In this document: positions 38,390 to 50,499 of the stretch, piece after piece
Position numbering within the stretch: position 1 is the first letter of the stretch
How the letters are laid out: every line of letters starts with the position of its first letter
Source: Lama guanicoe
Lineage: Eukaryota
Direction of reading: 5' to 3'
DNA: 64,000 nucleotides
Assembly (NCBI GenBank): GCA_013239625.1
Contig: MU053304.1
Span: 496,001-560,000 of the forward strand
The notes under the pieces: model-generated
Told to the model about the DNA's origin: nothing
The model's input: the letters and a program-made list of their open reading frames with translations, nothing else
Database searches by the model: none
Program-made: the position numbers and the translations under genes

Positions 38390-38990
38390 AATCAGTGCCT
38401 TACCCAAGACAAAAATAAAGCCAAAAAAAATCCTATTAGGTTCAATTTTTAATGAAAAATTTCTATATGTCAAAAACACAAACAAAGCAAATTGAAAAGG
38501 CAAAAGACAAACTTTAAAAATATATTTTCCGGATTAATATGGCAACAGAGGCAGATATCATTAATACACAAAGGGCTTTTATAAAGTATAGAGCACCAAA
38601 GAGAAAGATGGGGGATGCGAACAGGCAGATTGATCAAAAGAATGAAACGGTTAGTAAGAGCAGAAAATTTTCACCCTCAATATGTAAAGCAAGGCTAAAT
38701 AAAACCATTTGAGATAACATTTTCCCTTATTGTGTATCAGACTAACAAATGAATCCCCACTGCTGGGCAGAGTCTTTCTCATTAATTACTTCTAGGAATG
38801 CCCAATAATTGGAAGAGCCTTTTCTGAAGGAAAATTGAAACTTAAAATTACTGGTGTTTTTTTACCTGTCAATTCTACCTCTAAAAGTTATCTGGAAGGA
38901 ATATTCACGGTGTCCAAAATGCATGGCCAAACAATGCTCATTGCAGTACTGTTGTTAAAACAAAAAGAAAAAGGTGCATTTATAATTTTT
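38390..38990 (+). mobile_element. Ancient L1M fragment (ORF2 3' region, degenerate)
   Basis: A-rich; 'aaatttctatatgtcaaaaacac...aaaaggcaaaagacaaac...gtcaattctacctcta...atgctcattgcagtactgttg'. Confidence 0.6.
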
Positions 38991-40270
38991 CCCTCTCTTT
39001 CTTGATTGTATATCCAGTGCTCCTGGGCCTGTCTTATGTTACTGTTAACTCTGAAAATGCTGTGCCAGAACATTATTTTGTATTTTAGTACCTTAAGGAA
39101 AAAAATGCAGTTGATAATATTTCGAGCCGGGGTGAATCTGAGGGCCCCTCCCTGACCTTGTCACCTGTGGAAAGGGTCTTCCCCTTCAGTTTCCTGCTCT
39201 AAGATGGGTGGGACCTTGGGTTGAATGAGGCCTTTGAGATGGGCGGGGATGTTGTGTGGAGAGAAGCTGGCAGAAGAGCAGGAGGGAGGCTCTTGGGAAG
39301 TAGCTTGGAGGTTGGATTACAGGTAACTGGAGCCGAGATGCTGAGCCATCTGTCTGGGGTGAGAAGTCCTTTACAGGAGGGGATGGGGTCAGTACACTGT
39401 ATTAGGGTCTCAGCCTATGCCTCCCCCAACACCCACCCTGCTGTCACCATGGCGCTGGGCTGTCCCAGGACTTCCCATGGTGAAGGTCTCCTGGGAAAGA
39501 AAGGGGACACAGAGAAAACTCTTTTATGGGAAAGCTGCCACATCATCTGAACTTCCCTCTGTGAGTTCACTAAGTCCCCTCCTCCCACTGTCCTTCTTGA
39601 GCTCCCTGACATGGCCCAGGGCTCTCCAGGGACCTCGCCCCAGCAGGACAGCTGCATCCTCAAGGTGGCTGTGAAAGCAGATTTTTCCCGGCCTAGGGTT
39701 TGAACTGCCCTTTCTCATCATCCCCTAATTTGGAAACTTCTGCCACATATGGTGGCCTCCATATGGACAGGTCCATGTGACAAAGCCCAGCTCTCAGGCT
39801 CGGGCCTAGAGGCCATCTTTTTCATCATCCTTTGTCCATCCCCTATAGAGTCAGTCACTTCCTCTGATTCTTCTCCTAAAATGTCTCTTGGCCTGGCCAT
39901 TTGTCTTCCACGCATCCTCCTCATCCTGGACCTCCTTCCCTAGGGCCCACACTACTTCAAGTGTTGCTTGGCTGCTCAGAAATGTGGTCATGCTGAGTAC
40001 AATCCAGTTTACTTCAAAGGGACACAACCACTTCTAGTCTCTTGTTCTAGCCTAGAGGTGTTCACACTTCATTTTTAGCAATAGATCCAAGTTTTGGCTG
40101 CCCCCATGCAAAGCATAAATACTAAGCTGCCCTGGTTGAGGAGAGAGTGAGGCTTGGACCGCTCCTCCATCCCCAGCAGAATCCTTACAGAGGTAGGCCC
40201 ATTACTTGGTTACCCATCAGCATCATCTGAGAAACTTTAAACAAAGAGGAATTCCGGAGCCCCTGCCAGG

Positions 40271-40271
<1 letters not shown>

Positions 40272-40304
<33 letters not shown>
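40272..40304. repeat. (TG)16 microsatellite inside a MER5-like fragment
   Basis: Perfect TG run; flanks 'cagcatcatctgagaaac' and 'tctgtgattttaaacaagcctccca' are MER5-like. Confidence 0.9.
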
Positions 40305-40305
<1 letters not shown>

Positions 40306-41715
40306 GGGGGGTGGTGAGGTGGGGGTCTGTGATTTTAAACAAGCCTCCCAGAGTTTCTGAAACAGCTGGGTGGCATCTCCTCAGTGGCCATTTCCTCCCC
40401 CGTAGGGGCCTCTCTCAGGCCGTGGGGGTCTTGCCGCCTTCACTACCTGCCATACTTCCTTTCACTCCTCTGCTCTTCCCTGGGGTGCCCATTCACCTGG
40501 TCAAATCCCACCCAGCCCACTCCTTCAGTAATCCTATACCTGCCTGACCCTTCTCCAAACAACTAGCACCTACTGTCCCAGCTGCTAAGAGGGTTTAATA
40601 TATTTAAGTTTATTTTTAATTTCACAAGTAATGTAGGAACACATCTTCACTGTCAAACAATTCAGGTAATCCAGACGGAGTGAAGCTCCGTGATCCTCCT
40701 GGTCCCCCAGGCCCACACCGGGGTGACGCTGGGGCAAGGTGGGGTGTCCTTCCAGACCCCTGTCCATGGATTTCCTACGTAATTTCCAGATCTGGAAAGA
40801 GAATAACCATCGTTCTTCCCGCCCTAGACCATTCTTCTGTCTGTGCTGTGATCTGGGCCCTGCAGCCTCCCTCACAGCCTGTGGCCTCCACCACCCCCAT
40901 CTCTTTCCAGCTTCTCCCCCTCGACAGCCCCCTCAGCCAGGGCGGCTGTGTGTGCACACGCACACAAATAATCACAGGTGTTACTGTTCCTGAAAATGGT
41001 CTCTTTCTGGTTCCTTACATGCCTCTTATCCCCTCTCCTTTCAGTCTCCTCCCTGTTAAGCCCAACCCAGTGGGCCTCCTTCCGGAATGCCATGCCGTGT
41101 GTCACACCCACACAGGCTGACCCCAGGCTGCCTCAACTCTTGCTGCGTCCTCCCTGGGAGGGCGCAGACCCAGGTCGAGGGGTAGAGGCTCCCGTTAGCA
41201 CAGTGCTGTCCACCCCCAACCCCCAGATGACAGAAGTGCTTTGGCCTTGGAGCCAGGCCTGGCCATCTAATATCTGAGGTCTTCCCTCCCAAGCGAAGCG
41301 CCTTGACATGGGCCAGCCCCCAAGCAGTCGGTTTGGCCTCTTCAGGAGGTGGGTGATGGGGCTGGGAATGTCTTAGGAGCTTCTTGTTGCAGCACCCAAG
41401 TTCATCTCTGCAGTCACCCTCAGACTTCTGTGAGCTTCTGGCAGCTTTCCCCACCAGGGAGGGAGGGACCAGCTCCAGAGGTTCTCCTGGGGTGCAGCGC
41501 TGGGGCTTCCAGGAACCCCAGGGCCCACCTGAGATGGGCATGCAGCTCAGCCTCTTAAAAACAGAGGCCGTCTGAGAAGGGCTCCTGAATAGCTCTACCT
41601 CCTTTGAGGGAGGAGGAACAGGAAGACAGGGCTTAGGCCTCACCACCGTTCTCCTAACATAATATCATAAAATGAAAGCAAATTTTTGAATTATGAAACA
41701 TTCCCCCAAAAGTAC

Positions 41716-42200
41716 TGGAGTAGTTTCCTATTGCTGCTATACCAAGTTACCATGAATTTAGTGACTTAAAACAACACTGATTTGTTCCCTTACAGCTCTG
41801 GGGGTCAGAAGCCTAAAATCAGGTGTTAGCAGCACCGTGTTCCTTCTGGAGCCCTCAGGGGAGAATCTGTTTTCTTGCCTTTTCCAGCTTCTCGGGCCCT
41901 TTTGCATTCCTCAGCTCTGGGCTCCTTCTTCCATCTTCAAAGCACATCCCCCCGCCCCCACCTCTACCTCGTCTGTCATGTCTCCTCTTGATGACACTGA
42001 CTCTCCTGCCTCACTTTCATAAGGATCCTTGTGGTTACATTGGGCCCACTGGGGTCATTCAGGATAATCTCCTTATTTCAAGATCCTTAACTTCATCACA
42101 CATATGAAGTCCCTTTAACCATGTAAGGTAACATATTCATAGGTTCTTGGGATTAGGACATGGACAGACATCTTTGGGGGCCATTATTCAGTCTACCACA
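41716..42200 (-). mobile_element. MLT1 (ERVL-MaLR) solo LTR
   Basis: 'agtttcctattgctgctat...gacttaaaacaaca...ggattaggacatggac...ggccattattcagtctaccaca'; perfect 5-bp TSD agtac 41711-41715 / 42201-42205. Confidence 0.9.
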
Positions 42201-42205
42201 AGTAC

Positions 42206-42859
42206 AAAATGTAATACGGATAAACATCTGTATCCACCACCAAGATTAAACAGATGCTAATATTTTGCCTTATTTTCATTATTTTTTTGTTTTTTGTTTT
42301 TTTAAGAAATAAAGCTTCAGAGAAATAGCTAAAGTCCTATGTTGCCTTTCCACTCCCTCTCTCCTCAGAGGTAACCACTACCCTGAGGTTAGTGAAAATA
42401 ACTCATATGTATGTTTCTATTCTTTGCTGCATATTATAAGTGCATTTCCAAACAGAAAGATACTTTTTTTTGGTGTGTTTTGATGCTTTATGTAAAAGGA
42501 ATCACTGTGTGTACCACTCTGCAACCTGCTTTTTCCACTCAACATGGTTTTGAGGTTATATATGAAGATCTAGTTCATTTATTCTAACTGCAGCATCGAA
42601 TACCTCCCATGAACAAGTTAGAGTTCATTGTGTCCTTCCTTTTGCTGAGAGACCGATTGTTTTCACTTGTTTTGCTATTCCAAACAGTGTTTCAATAAGT
42701 ATCTCTGTACTTGATTTCTGGAGCACCTATGCTGAAGACCTCGGTGGGAGACACCTGGGAGAGAGCACACCATCAATTTAGTAGGAGGGCAACCCATCCT
42801 AGCAACAGTGTTTAGGAGGACCCATTCCTCCCCTTTTCTCAGCAGCATCTGGTATTTTC
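42206..42859 (-). mobile_element. Ancient L1ME-type 3' fragment
   Basis: 'tatccaccaccaagattaaaca...cagaggtaaccactaccctgagg...tgcaacctgctttttccactcaacat'; continues to the left of the MLT1 insertion. Confidence 0.65.
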
Positions 42860-42873
42860 AAGTTTACTATTTT

Positions 42874-42984
42874 TTTAAATTTATTTTTAAACTTTAAATT
42901 TTTAAAAAAATTGAAATATAATTACAATGTGTCAATTTCTGGTGTACAGCACAATGTCCCAGTCATGTATATACATACATACAG
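42874..42984 (-). mobile_element. Young lineage-specific L1, severely 5'-truncated
   Basis: 'ttacaatgtgtcaatttctggtgtacagcacaatgtcccagtc'; perfect 14-bp TSD aagtttactatttt 42860-42873 / 42985-42998. Confidence 0.88.
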
Positions 42985-43480
42985 AAGTTTACTATTTTAA
43001 AAAAGTGATTCTCCTTCCATATTTTCCAGTCTCTTCTGCTCCCAATCTTTTCTTGAATGTTATGCAGCTGGAATCTTTCCTCCATCTTGACCCTGAAGGA
43101 CAATCCACCAAGGCTTTTCTGTGCTCTGCTGGCCACCCACCCCCAGATTTCCCCTCTGTGGAGTTTCATCTGTGCCAGTGCTGGAAGAGCTTTCCCCTCT
43201 ATGGTTGTGAAGCTCTGCTGTAGTGAGGCTCCCGCTGGGAGGAGTGAGGGCTTCTGCATTACTCCCCTTCAGCCTAAATGAATGAGGCATGTCTAACTCC
43301 GACGATACGAGTAAATCAGTCCTGAATACCAAAAAAATAAATGGTTGTGTTTTTCCTGTCCCGAAGGATATTCTGAAACATATACCTGGCAATGAATGAA
43401 AACCGCATCTTGGAACATGGCAGGATCGAGGAATAAATCCAAAGATTGAACTTTCTTCCTAGGACAAGCCTCATTTCTTT

Positions 43481-43629
43481 CTTTTTCTTTTTTTAAATTT
43501 AAGTGCAGTCAATTACAACATGTCAATTTCTGGTGTACAGCACAATGTCCCAGTCTTACATATACATACATTTATTCATTTTCATATTTTTTTCATTAAA
43601 GATTATTACAAGATATTGAGTATAGTTCC
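43481..43629 (-). mobile_element. Young lineage-specific L1, severely 5'-truncated
   Basis: Same 3' end as the 42.9 kb copy; perfect 16-bp TSD caagcctcatttcttt 43465-43480 / 43630-43645. Confidence 0.88.
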
Positions 43630-44939
43630 CAAGCCTCATTTCTTTATCAGCTTTTATCAGTTTTAGATTCCAAATCTCCTTCTGTTTTAGATTTTCAACC
43701 ACCACCCACCTTTTACGATCCAGTTAAAGTGGTGAACTCTGTCTTTAGAGTTCTCAGGCACAGGGGGGTCATCTCTGATTACCTGGCCCTCAAAATAATC
43801 CTTCTTCCTCCTGCTACTCCCCAAACAGAGGGATTGGCCCTGTATCCATCTCAAGCTGAAGAGATTTCTCAGAGATCTGGTTCCGACCTGACAGTCTTTT
43901 GAACTTTGTGTTTACCTATTAGCTGTGTGTACCTATTTTTAGTATTCCCCTATGCCCATTAGTGATAGCTTTGCCCAAAATGTATCCCTGAAAAAGATGG
44001 GGCCTGGAGGATTGCTTCCCATAGAGGCTGTCAGCTACTTCAAGGGGAACCCCAAGTGCTGTCTTCAGTCATCCATAACCTCCTGCTGCAGAACAATAGC
44101 TGTGGGATGTGTCTCGGGACCCCTCCCCTGCACATTTTAGCATTTGGAATGAGACTGTTGCTCAGTTCTAGGCATAAGATGGCATGAAAAGCTATCCCTT
44201 TCCCATAAACTAATGGGTTGTGCTTCTAATGCTCAACCGTGTGCCACCTTGGAGGTCCCTTCCTGGGCCTGAGACGAGAGAGGAGGGTTAACAGTGGCCA
44301 GCATGGCATGGGTCCCCTGGGTCACCTTCTGTCCTCTGAACGGCACACAAAATTCCATCTCAACTGTCCAGGAGAAGCAGCTTTTCAGAGAATAGTCCAG
44401 ACCAACAGAGCCCAGGTGGACACCAGCCCTAATTATCCTCCTGACAAAGACTGTTGGAAGCTTGAAATGCCAGGAGACAGAGTGATAAGCCAACCACAGA
44501 GGAAATCACCCAGAAACCCAGGGAGCTGAAATCCTCTTCTCAAGTTCTTGTTTGAAAGAAACAAAAAGACCTGAAAAAACAAATGTTTCGTAATGGAGCT
44601 CAGAGGAAGTCCTGGGCAGCCACTAAGGCAGATCATTTGGCCATGCCACACTGGGCTTCTGAGGAGGACCCAGGAAGCTCATGCTCCCACGCCTGCCTGT
44701 GACAGCTCTCATTAGGCTTCACTCTTCAGATTTTGTAGATTCCTGAATTCTCTCTGGCTGGGAAATTTGATCAGTCATCTGAAGTTTTAAAAGGAGGTAG
44801 GTGAAGATATTTTTTTCCTGACAGAACAGTTTAAATCCTGTCCTGAATCAAGGATTTGCTTAACTCCTAATTACTCAGTTAGAAATTAAGCTACGGTTTC
44901 TTCAAACCAAAGTTTTTAGTCTTCAGAAATGACATTCCA

Positions 44940-45062
44940 GGGGGTGAGGGTATAGCTCAAGTGGTAGAGCCCATGCTTAGCATGTACGAGGTCCTGGGTT
45001 CAATCCCCAGTACTTCCCTTAAAAAAAGAAAATACACCTAATGACCTCCCCTCCACAAAAGA
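44940..45062 (+). mobile_element. Camelid tRNA-derived SINE (vic-1-like)
   Basis: 'gggtatagctcaagtggtagagcccatgcttagcatgtacgaggtcctgggttcaatccccagtac', with intact A and B boxes; TSD aaatgacattcca 44927-44939 / aaatgacactgca 45063-45075. Confidence 0.92.
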
Positions 45063-45409
45063 AAATGACACTGCACTAATTAGTTTCTTAAAATCACTAA
45101 GCCATAGTTTACCTGACAACCCTTCACAGTTTTCTGCCACACAAACGCTTCTCAGTGCCTGTAGCACAGACCCTCCCAATCTATAGTCTTATATGAGCAA
45201 CAGTTGGGTCTATACATCCACTCCACTGTGGTGCTTGCTATACTTGGCTTCATCTTACTGAGAAGTTGATTAGGTACAACGTAAGAAGCAAGGTGTCACG
45301 TGGTTGCCTCTGCGCGTCCCTTGATGACGTGCACGTACCTTTACACTGGCAAGCTGAGCTGGCTGTCCTCCCTTGCTGGTCCTGTGCATTTCTTCCCAAC
45401 TCTGTATTC

Positions 45410-45495
45410 TCTGACATCACATTGGTAGCTTGACATCAGCCATGCCAGTATTTACACCAGGAAAACTGGCAAACACTACAAATCAGGGCTTTTTG
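45410..45495. mobile_element. hAT MITE fragment (MER63-like)
   Basis: 'atcacattggtagcttgacatcagccatg...tatttacacca...actggcaaacactacaaatcagggcttttt'. Confidence 0.6.
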
Positions 45496-47942
45496 TTGGG
45501 TGGCAGGGGCGGCGTGGAGAAAATGGCGCTTAGGAAATGTTTGGAAGAAACAAGAAACCCAAAATAGTTACCTGTGCGGAGTGGAACTGGAGAGCAACGA
45601 CATGAGAGAGTTTCTTTTTTCGCCTTTTGAATTTTTTATCATGTGAATAACTATTTTTTAAAAAGAGAACTTTCTTTTTTTAAGAACAAAGGCTTCCTAC
45701 AGTTGTATTAATCCCACATCATCAGCTAGAAACTGCCTAGGGCTGAGCTGTCTGGTTGAGGAAGAGATCAGAGCCTGGAGACAGTCGTTACAGTGGCCTC
45801 AGTGGAGCAACATCCATCCTGGGGATGGAAGTGGGGGCTGGGCAGAGGCAGGGCCTGAGGATGGACAGAGCACAGGGCAGACAGTCCTTCTAGAACCTCA
45901 CGCCAAGTCTGAGAGGGGACCCAAAGTAATGCCAGACCCCTAGCCAAGATGTCAGGCCAAAGTTTGGGTTACCAAATCCCAAGGATCAGAAAAATGGGTG
46001 TGAAGACGGGACACCCAAAATGGTGCAGCTCCAGGGAGGAGAGGGGAGGCGGAGACTTGCTAGAAAAGAATACAAGGTTCACAGGAGGAGCTTTTAGATT
46101 ATGGGGCTGAGGGGCAACTTTTTCTTTAGGCCCTTTCCCCTACAGCTTAAATTAAAAGGGGACATCAACTCTGCCCAGGAGGGAAGGAGGGCAAACTGGG
46201 GCAGTGAGGAAACAGGTAGAGACAGGCTCTCAGCACTGGGGAAAAGGCTCCTCGCAACCCTCTAGGGGGAGGCAGCGATAAACAAGTTCCAGGGAGTGAA
46301 CCAGAGCTCCAGGCGGATTCCAGGAACCTCGGCCTCCTGCAAAAGAGACCCTAGGGGCCTTGGTCAGTGTCGGGGCTGGGGTAGGGGGTCCCACTGGAAG
46401 ATTTTGCAGTAGTTTGGAAATTCTGAGCAGAGATCATGGAGGCCCCATGTACAAGGGTGGACCATAGGCAGGAAAATCCATCCAAGATGCAGATTCAGGT
46501 GGGCAGCCCTAGAAAAGGCTGGCAGGACCCCACTGATTGTGGAGCTTGGGGTGGCTTGGCATCGCTCCCTGAGGGGCAGATACTTGGGAAAGGAGACTGT
46601 CCAGAAAACTGAGCACAAAGGGACCATACATTGCCTAGGATGGCCAGAACGTCAGGGGAGGGGCAGTGGGAGGTTGGAGCAGGCTGCTCCCCAGAGCAAT
46701 AGCCAAATGCCACAGTGTGTGCCCTCCACGGCCCTCAGACATCTCCAAACTCCACTGACAGTGCAGGCAGTGCCCTTTGAAGTCTTGTCAAATAGGGCTG
46801 CCACTAGTTACCAGGGACTTGAATATCCCATTTTATAAACACCTAGGGGTGGTGATGACAACAAGAACTATTAGGCCCCCTTTCTTTTTCAGTTGCTGCT
46901 AAAATCCTTCATTTTTTAGATAAATTAAATGCATAAATCTCCTATCACTGGCACAGGATGTCCCCTGTCTCCTTCCATACTGCTGAGAATCGAGCAACCT
47001 TAAAATGCTGCTGCACCTATTGATTAATTACAGTCAGCCCCACATCAACTACAGGTAAACTAAGTCAGTTTCTGCTGACATTCACTGTCAACATGTAGAA
47101 TGCTGAGTTCACACAGACATCAGTAAGTCATAAGTTCCAACAGATTCAGCTATTTGGGGCATATTTTACAGCTAACGCATGCCCCAAAGCCTGTCAAGAG
47201 GCCAGCAACCCATCAGGACATAATCAGAGGAAAGCCTGCCCAGTCTCAGTCACTCATTAACCAACACTGAAACATATGGCTGCTGTGTGTCGTGCAAGGA
47301 TGCAGAGGGGGCCTAGCCCTAAGTGGAGGAGAGGATGGATCCTGCCCATGACAGCCATCCAACTAGCAGGCTGTAAGCCCCAAGGACAGCCCTGTGCTGT
47401 ATTTGTGACTGTATCTCTTGCATCTAATAGGAGGCCTAGCACTTAGTAGGTGCTCAACAAAAAATTAGAAATGAATACTATGACATGATGCTTTTGATAG
47501 TAAAGATTTGGGAGGAAGATCAGGAGGAAGTGGTTAATTCTGTTAGGGAACTGAAGAAGCCTTCACAGAAGAGGTCACAGGACAAAGCTGGTCCCTGAAT
47601 GTAGGAGTCAACGGGCAGAAGAGAGAGAAAGGCAGTCCAGGAAGAGGCCAGTGAATGTGAGGGCGTGATGTGCCAAGAGGTCAGGCAGGAAGGAAGGCAA
47701 GATGAGGAAGGTAGGCAGATCCAGGCCCTCCAGACTCTACTTTGGTCCATGTGACACGTTCTCCTTAGAATCAGGAGCCAAGCTGCCTCTTTAGAAATAT
47801 TACTTTCCTTTTGTCAAAGGGTGAAACCATGCTGTGTTTCCTTTCTCACCTTGACTGCCTGGGAGCTCCTGAAATGCTAGGTTCCTTATACTTCTTTGTG
47901 ACCCCTAATAGTCCCACACAGGACTTTTCACCTAGTAGATCC

Positions 47943-48603
47943 TGTATTAGTTCTCTGTTCCTGCATAACCACATAACAACAAATACAGCATCATAATTTT
48001 TTTTTGTGGGGAGAGGCAATTAGGTTTATTTTTATTTATTTATTTGTTAATGGAGGTACTGGGAATTGAACCCAGGACCTCGTGCAAGCTAAGCATGCAC
48101 TCTACCACTGAGCTATAGCCTCCCTCTGCATCTTAAAACAATACACATCTATTATTCACAGTGTCTCACAGGAGTCTGAGCAAGGCTTGACTGGGTCCTC
48201 AGTAGGGCTTCAATCAAGGTGTCCTGGGGGCTGGCAGTCTATCTGAGGCTTACAGGGGAAGAATCTGTTGGCAAGCTCATGTGGTTTTCGCAGAACTCAG
48301 TTCCTTACAGGTGTCAAGCAGAGGCTTGTTTCTTGCTTGGTGTTAGCTGGTATCTCAGTATCTTACCCTCTCTATAGGCAATTCCCAGCACGGCAGCCTG
48401 CTTCTTCAAAGCCAACAAGGGAGGAGGTATCTGAGCAAGACGGTTGTTCTGATCTTGTGTAACATAATCACAGGCACGCAATCACACATCTCATCACCTT
48501 TGCCCTGTTCTATTGGTTAGAACAAGCCCTCCTCCCTCCTACCCATACTCAGGGCATGAGGACCAGGAGGAAGGATCATGGAGCCACCTCAGATCTGTCC
48601 ACA
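47943..48603 (-). mobile_element. MLT1 (ERVL-MaLR) solo LTR, interrupted by a SINE
   Basis: Starts 'tgtattagttctctgtt'; internal 'aatcaaggtgtc...ctattggttagaa'; ends 'tctgtccaca'. Confidence 0.8.
47997..48127 (-). mobile_element. Camelid tRNA-derived SINE (vic-1-like)
   Basis: 'ggaggtactgggaattgaacccaggacctcgtgcaagctaagcatgcactctaccactgagctata'; TSD gcatcataa 47988-47996 / gcatcttaa 48128-48136. Confidence 0.92.
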
Positions 48604-49094
48604 AGTCCTCATTGGATGGATAGTAACTGTTAGTTACTTGAACCACTCCTTTTGGCAATTAAGGATATCATGTCACATAGACATTCATATTGTTTCCCCA
48701 AAAAGACAGTGAAGTGAGCTCTCTCCCTACCAAGAATGCTCTCGTTGCCCCCACAGCATCACTACAATGTTGGGCACAGACAAGTTGATAAATATGACAT
48801 GAAGAAACGTTATAGGATTCACATTACTGCCAGAAAGACCTGGTGTTTTCTACCATCAGGGTGATTATATGCTTGCCATAAATTTCTCAATTGACATATA
48901 TAATTCTTAAAAAGCCATAAAACAAATTTAACAGCTATAAAGTGGGACCTGAGTCAGACATCACTGTTATGATGGTGGCTCTTCCCTGGAGAAATGTTTC
49001 CTAACCCCCAGCACCTATTGTTTCCCCCTACTTTACAGACGAGCTGTGTACATTACCACCGCTTCCCGATTCTGTTAGTACAAAATTTCATTAG

Positions 49095-49345
49095 CACAGT
49101 ATGACAGCCTGGACTTTGGGGTCAGGTGACCTGGGTTGACATCAAGCTCAAGCCACTGATTGTGTGACCTTGGATAAGTCGCTTAACTTCCAATAAAGAC
49201 AGCAAATGCTTGTTTAGTATCTGCTATAAACCAACCTCTTTGCATATATTAAACTCATATAAATTCATTTAACCCATATAACCACCCTGGGAGGTAGGCA
49301 CCACTATTAACCCCATTTTATGGATGAGAAAACTGAGGGATGATG
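49095..49345. mobile_element. Two adjacent MIR fragments in opposite orientation
   Basis: + strand 'tgtgtgaccttggataagtcgcttaac', then - strand 'ccctgggaggtaggcaccactattaaccccattttatggatgagaaaactgagg'. Confidence 0.75.
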
Positions 49346-50499
49346 GTTAAGGCCAGGGATTAAGATTCTCAATGTGAGCAAGAACATGGAGATTGAAGGT
49401 AAGTGGTGGATAAGACAAATGACAGAGGAAAAGCAAACAGGACACACCAGGAGATTCTCTTTCTAACCTGCTGTTCTCACTGCTGACCCTGGCCAAGCAG
49501 GACAAGTAGAAACCGGGTGGTTTACCATTTGAATCACTAGTACTGACTAAGAGCTTAAACATGACTTGCACCCCTGTGCAGGGTGTGGGGAAAAGAAAGG
49601 AGAAGCCATCATTTTGGAAACTGAATTGCATCCTGCTTACAGCTACCCTCACTTCAGTATTTCTAGGTGGGTCTGGGAGGCCCTGCCTGTCTGACTGTCC
49701 CTATTAGGTGGCAGTACTGGGTGAGGTGCTGTACACACTGAAGGTCTGTGGCCATGGCAAGGTGGGGACTGGTGTTGGAGGACAACTGGTATCTCAGTGA
49801 AAGTCCCCCTTATGTGAGGGGCTGGGGCAGGGCAAGGGGCTCTGTCTTAGCTCCTGGAACCTTCCATCAACTCCACAAGGACAAGGGCATCTGAGTTAGC
49901 CTGTCAGCAGGAGGGAGCTCAGGGACCAAGACTTCCAGGCACTGGGATGACTTGGGGGGTGGGGGTGGACAAAGTTCAACCTCTGAGAGCAGATAAGAGG
50001 GGAAGGGGTCAGAATACAGAAAAAGAAGGCACAGCTGACAAAGATGCACTTGGAGAAAGCGCCCTTTCACAACAGCTGGGCTCCCCCGTTCCTACTTAGG
50101 AAACAAGCTAATGCGCCTGGGAGGGGCTAAAGACGGTGGCACTCAAAAGGATCTAGGGTCTTTCCCTCCCACTCCCCTCCGGGAGAGGGCTCTGGGCCTC
50201 CGTCTATCTCCGCCTTACCCTTCATCCTTCTTCCACTCTCACCAACGGATCTTTAGCCATTTGAGGCTGCCTCCAGTGCGGCTGTTGGGAGGGGACCCGC
50301 CAGGGCTTCCAAATCCCCCACAGAACCAGACATCCCTTTAATCCAGGACCCCCTCCTCTGCCCAGACGCCCCACTCACCCCTGGACCAGTCTGGAGGCCA
50401 CCCTAGGAGTCTGGCTTCTCTAGGAGGGCTTAGGAAGTCTCACTCGGAAGCAGTATTTCTTACACTTTTCCCGCCAACATGACCAGGTAATAGCTGGGA

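Noticed and set aside
44940..45015. tRNA-Ala(AGC)-like sequence (also at 34941, 28900-28970 and 48050-48125)
   Set aside because: Has a SINE body, A-rich tail and TSDs; the acceptor stem is not tRNA-like, so these are SINE heads and not tRNA genes
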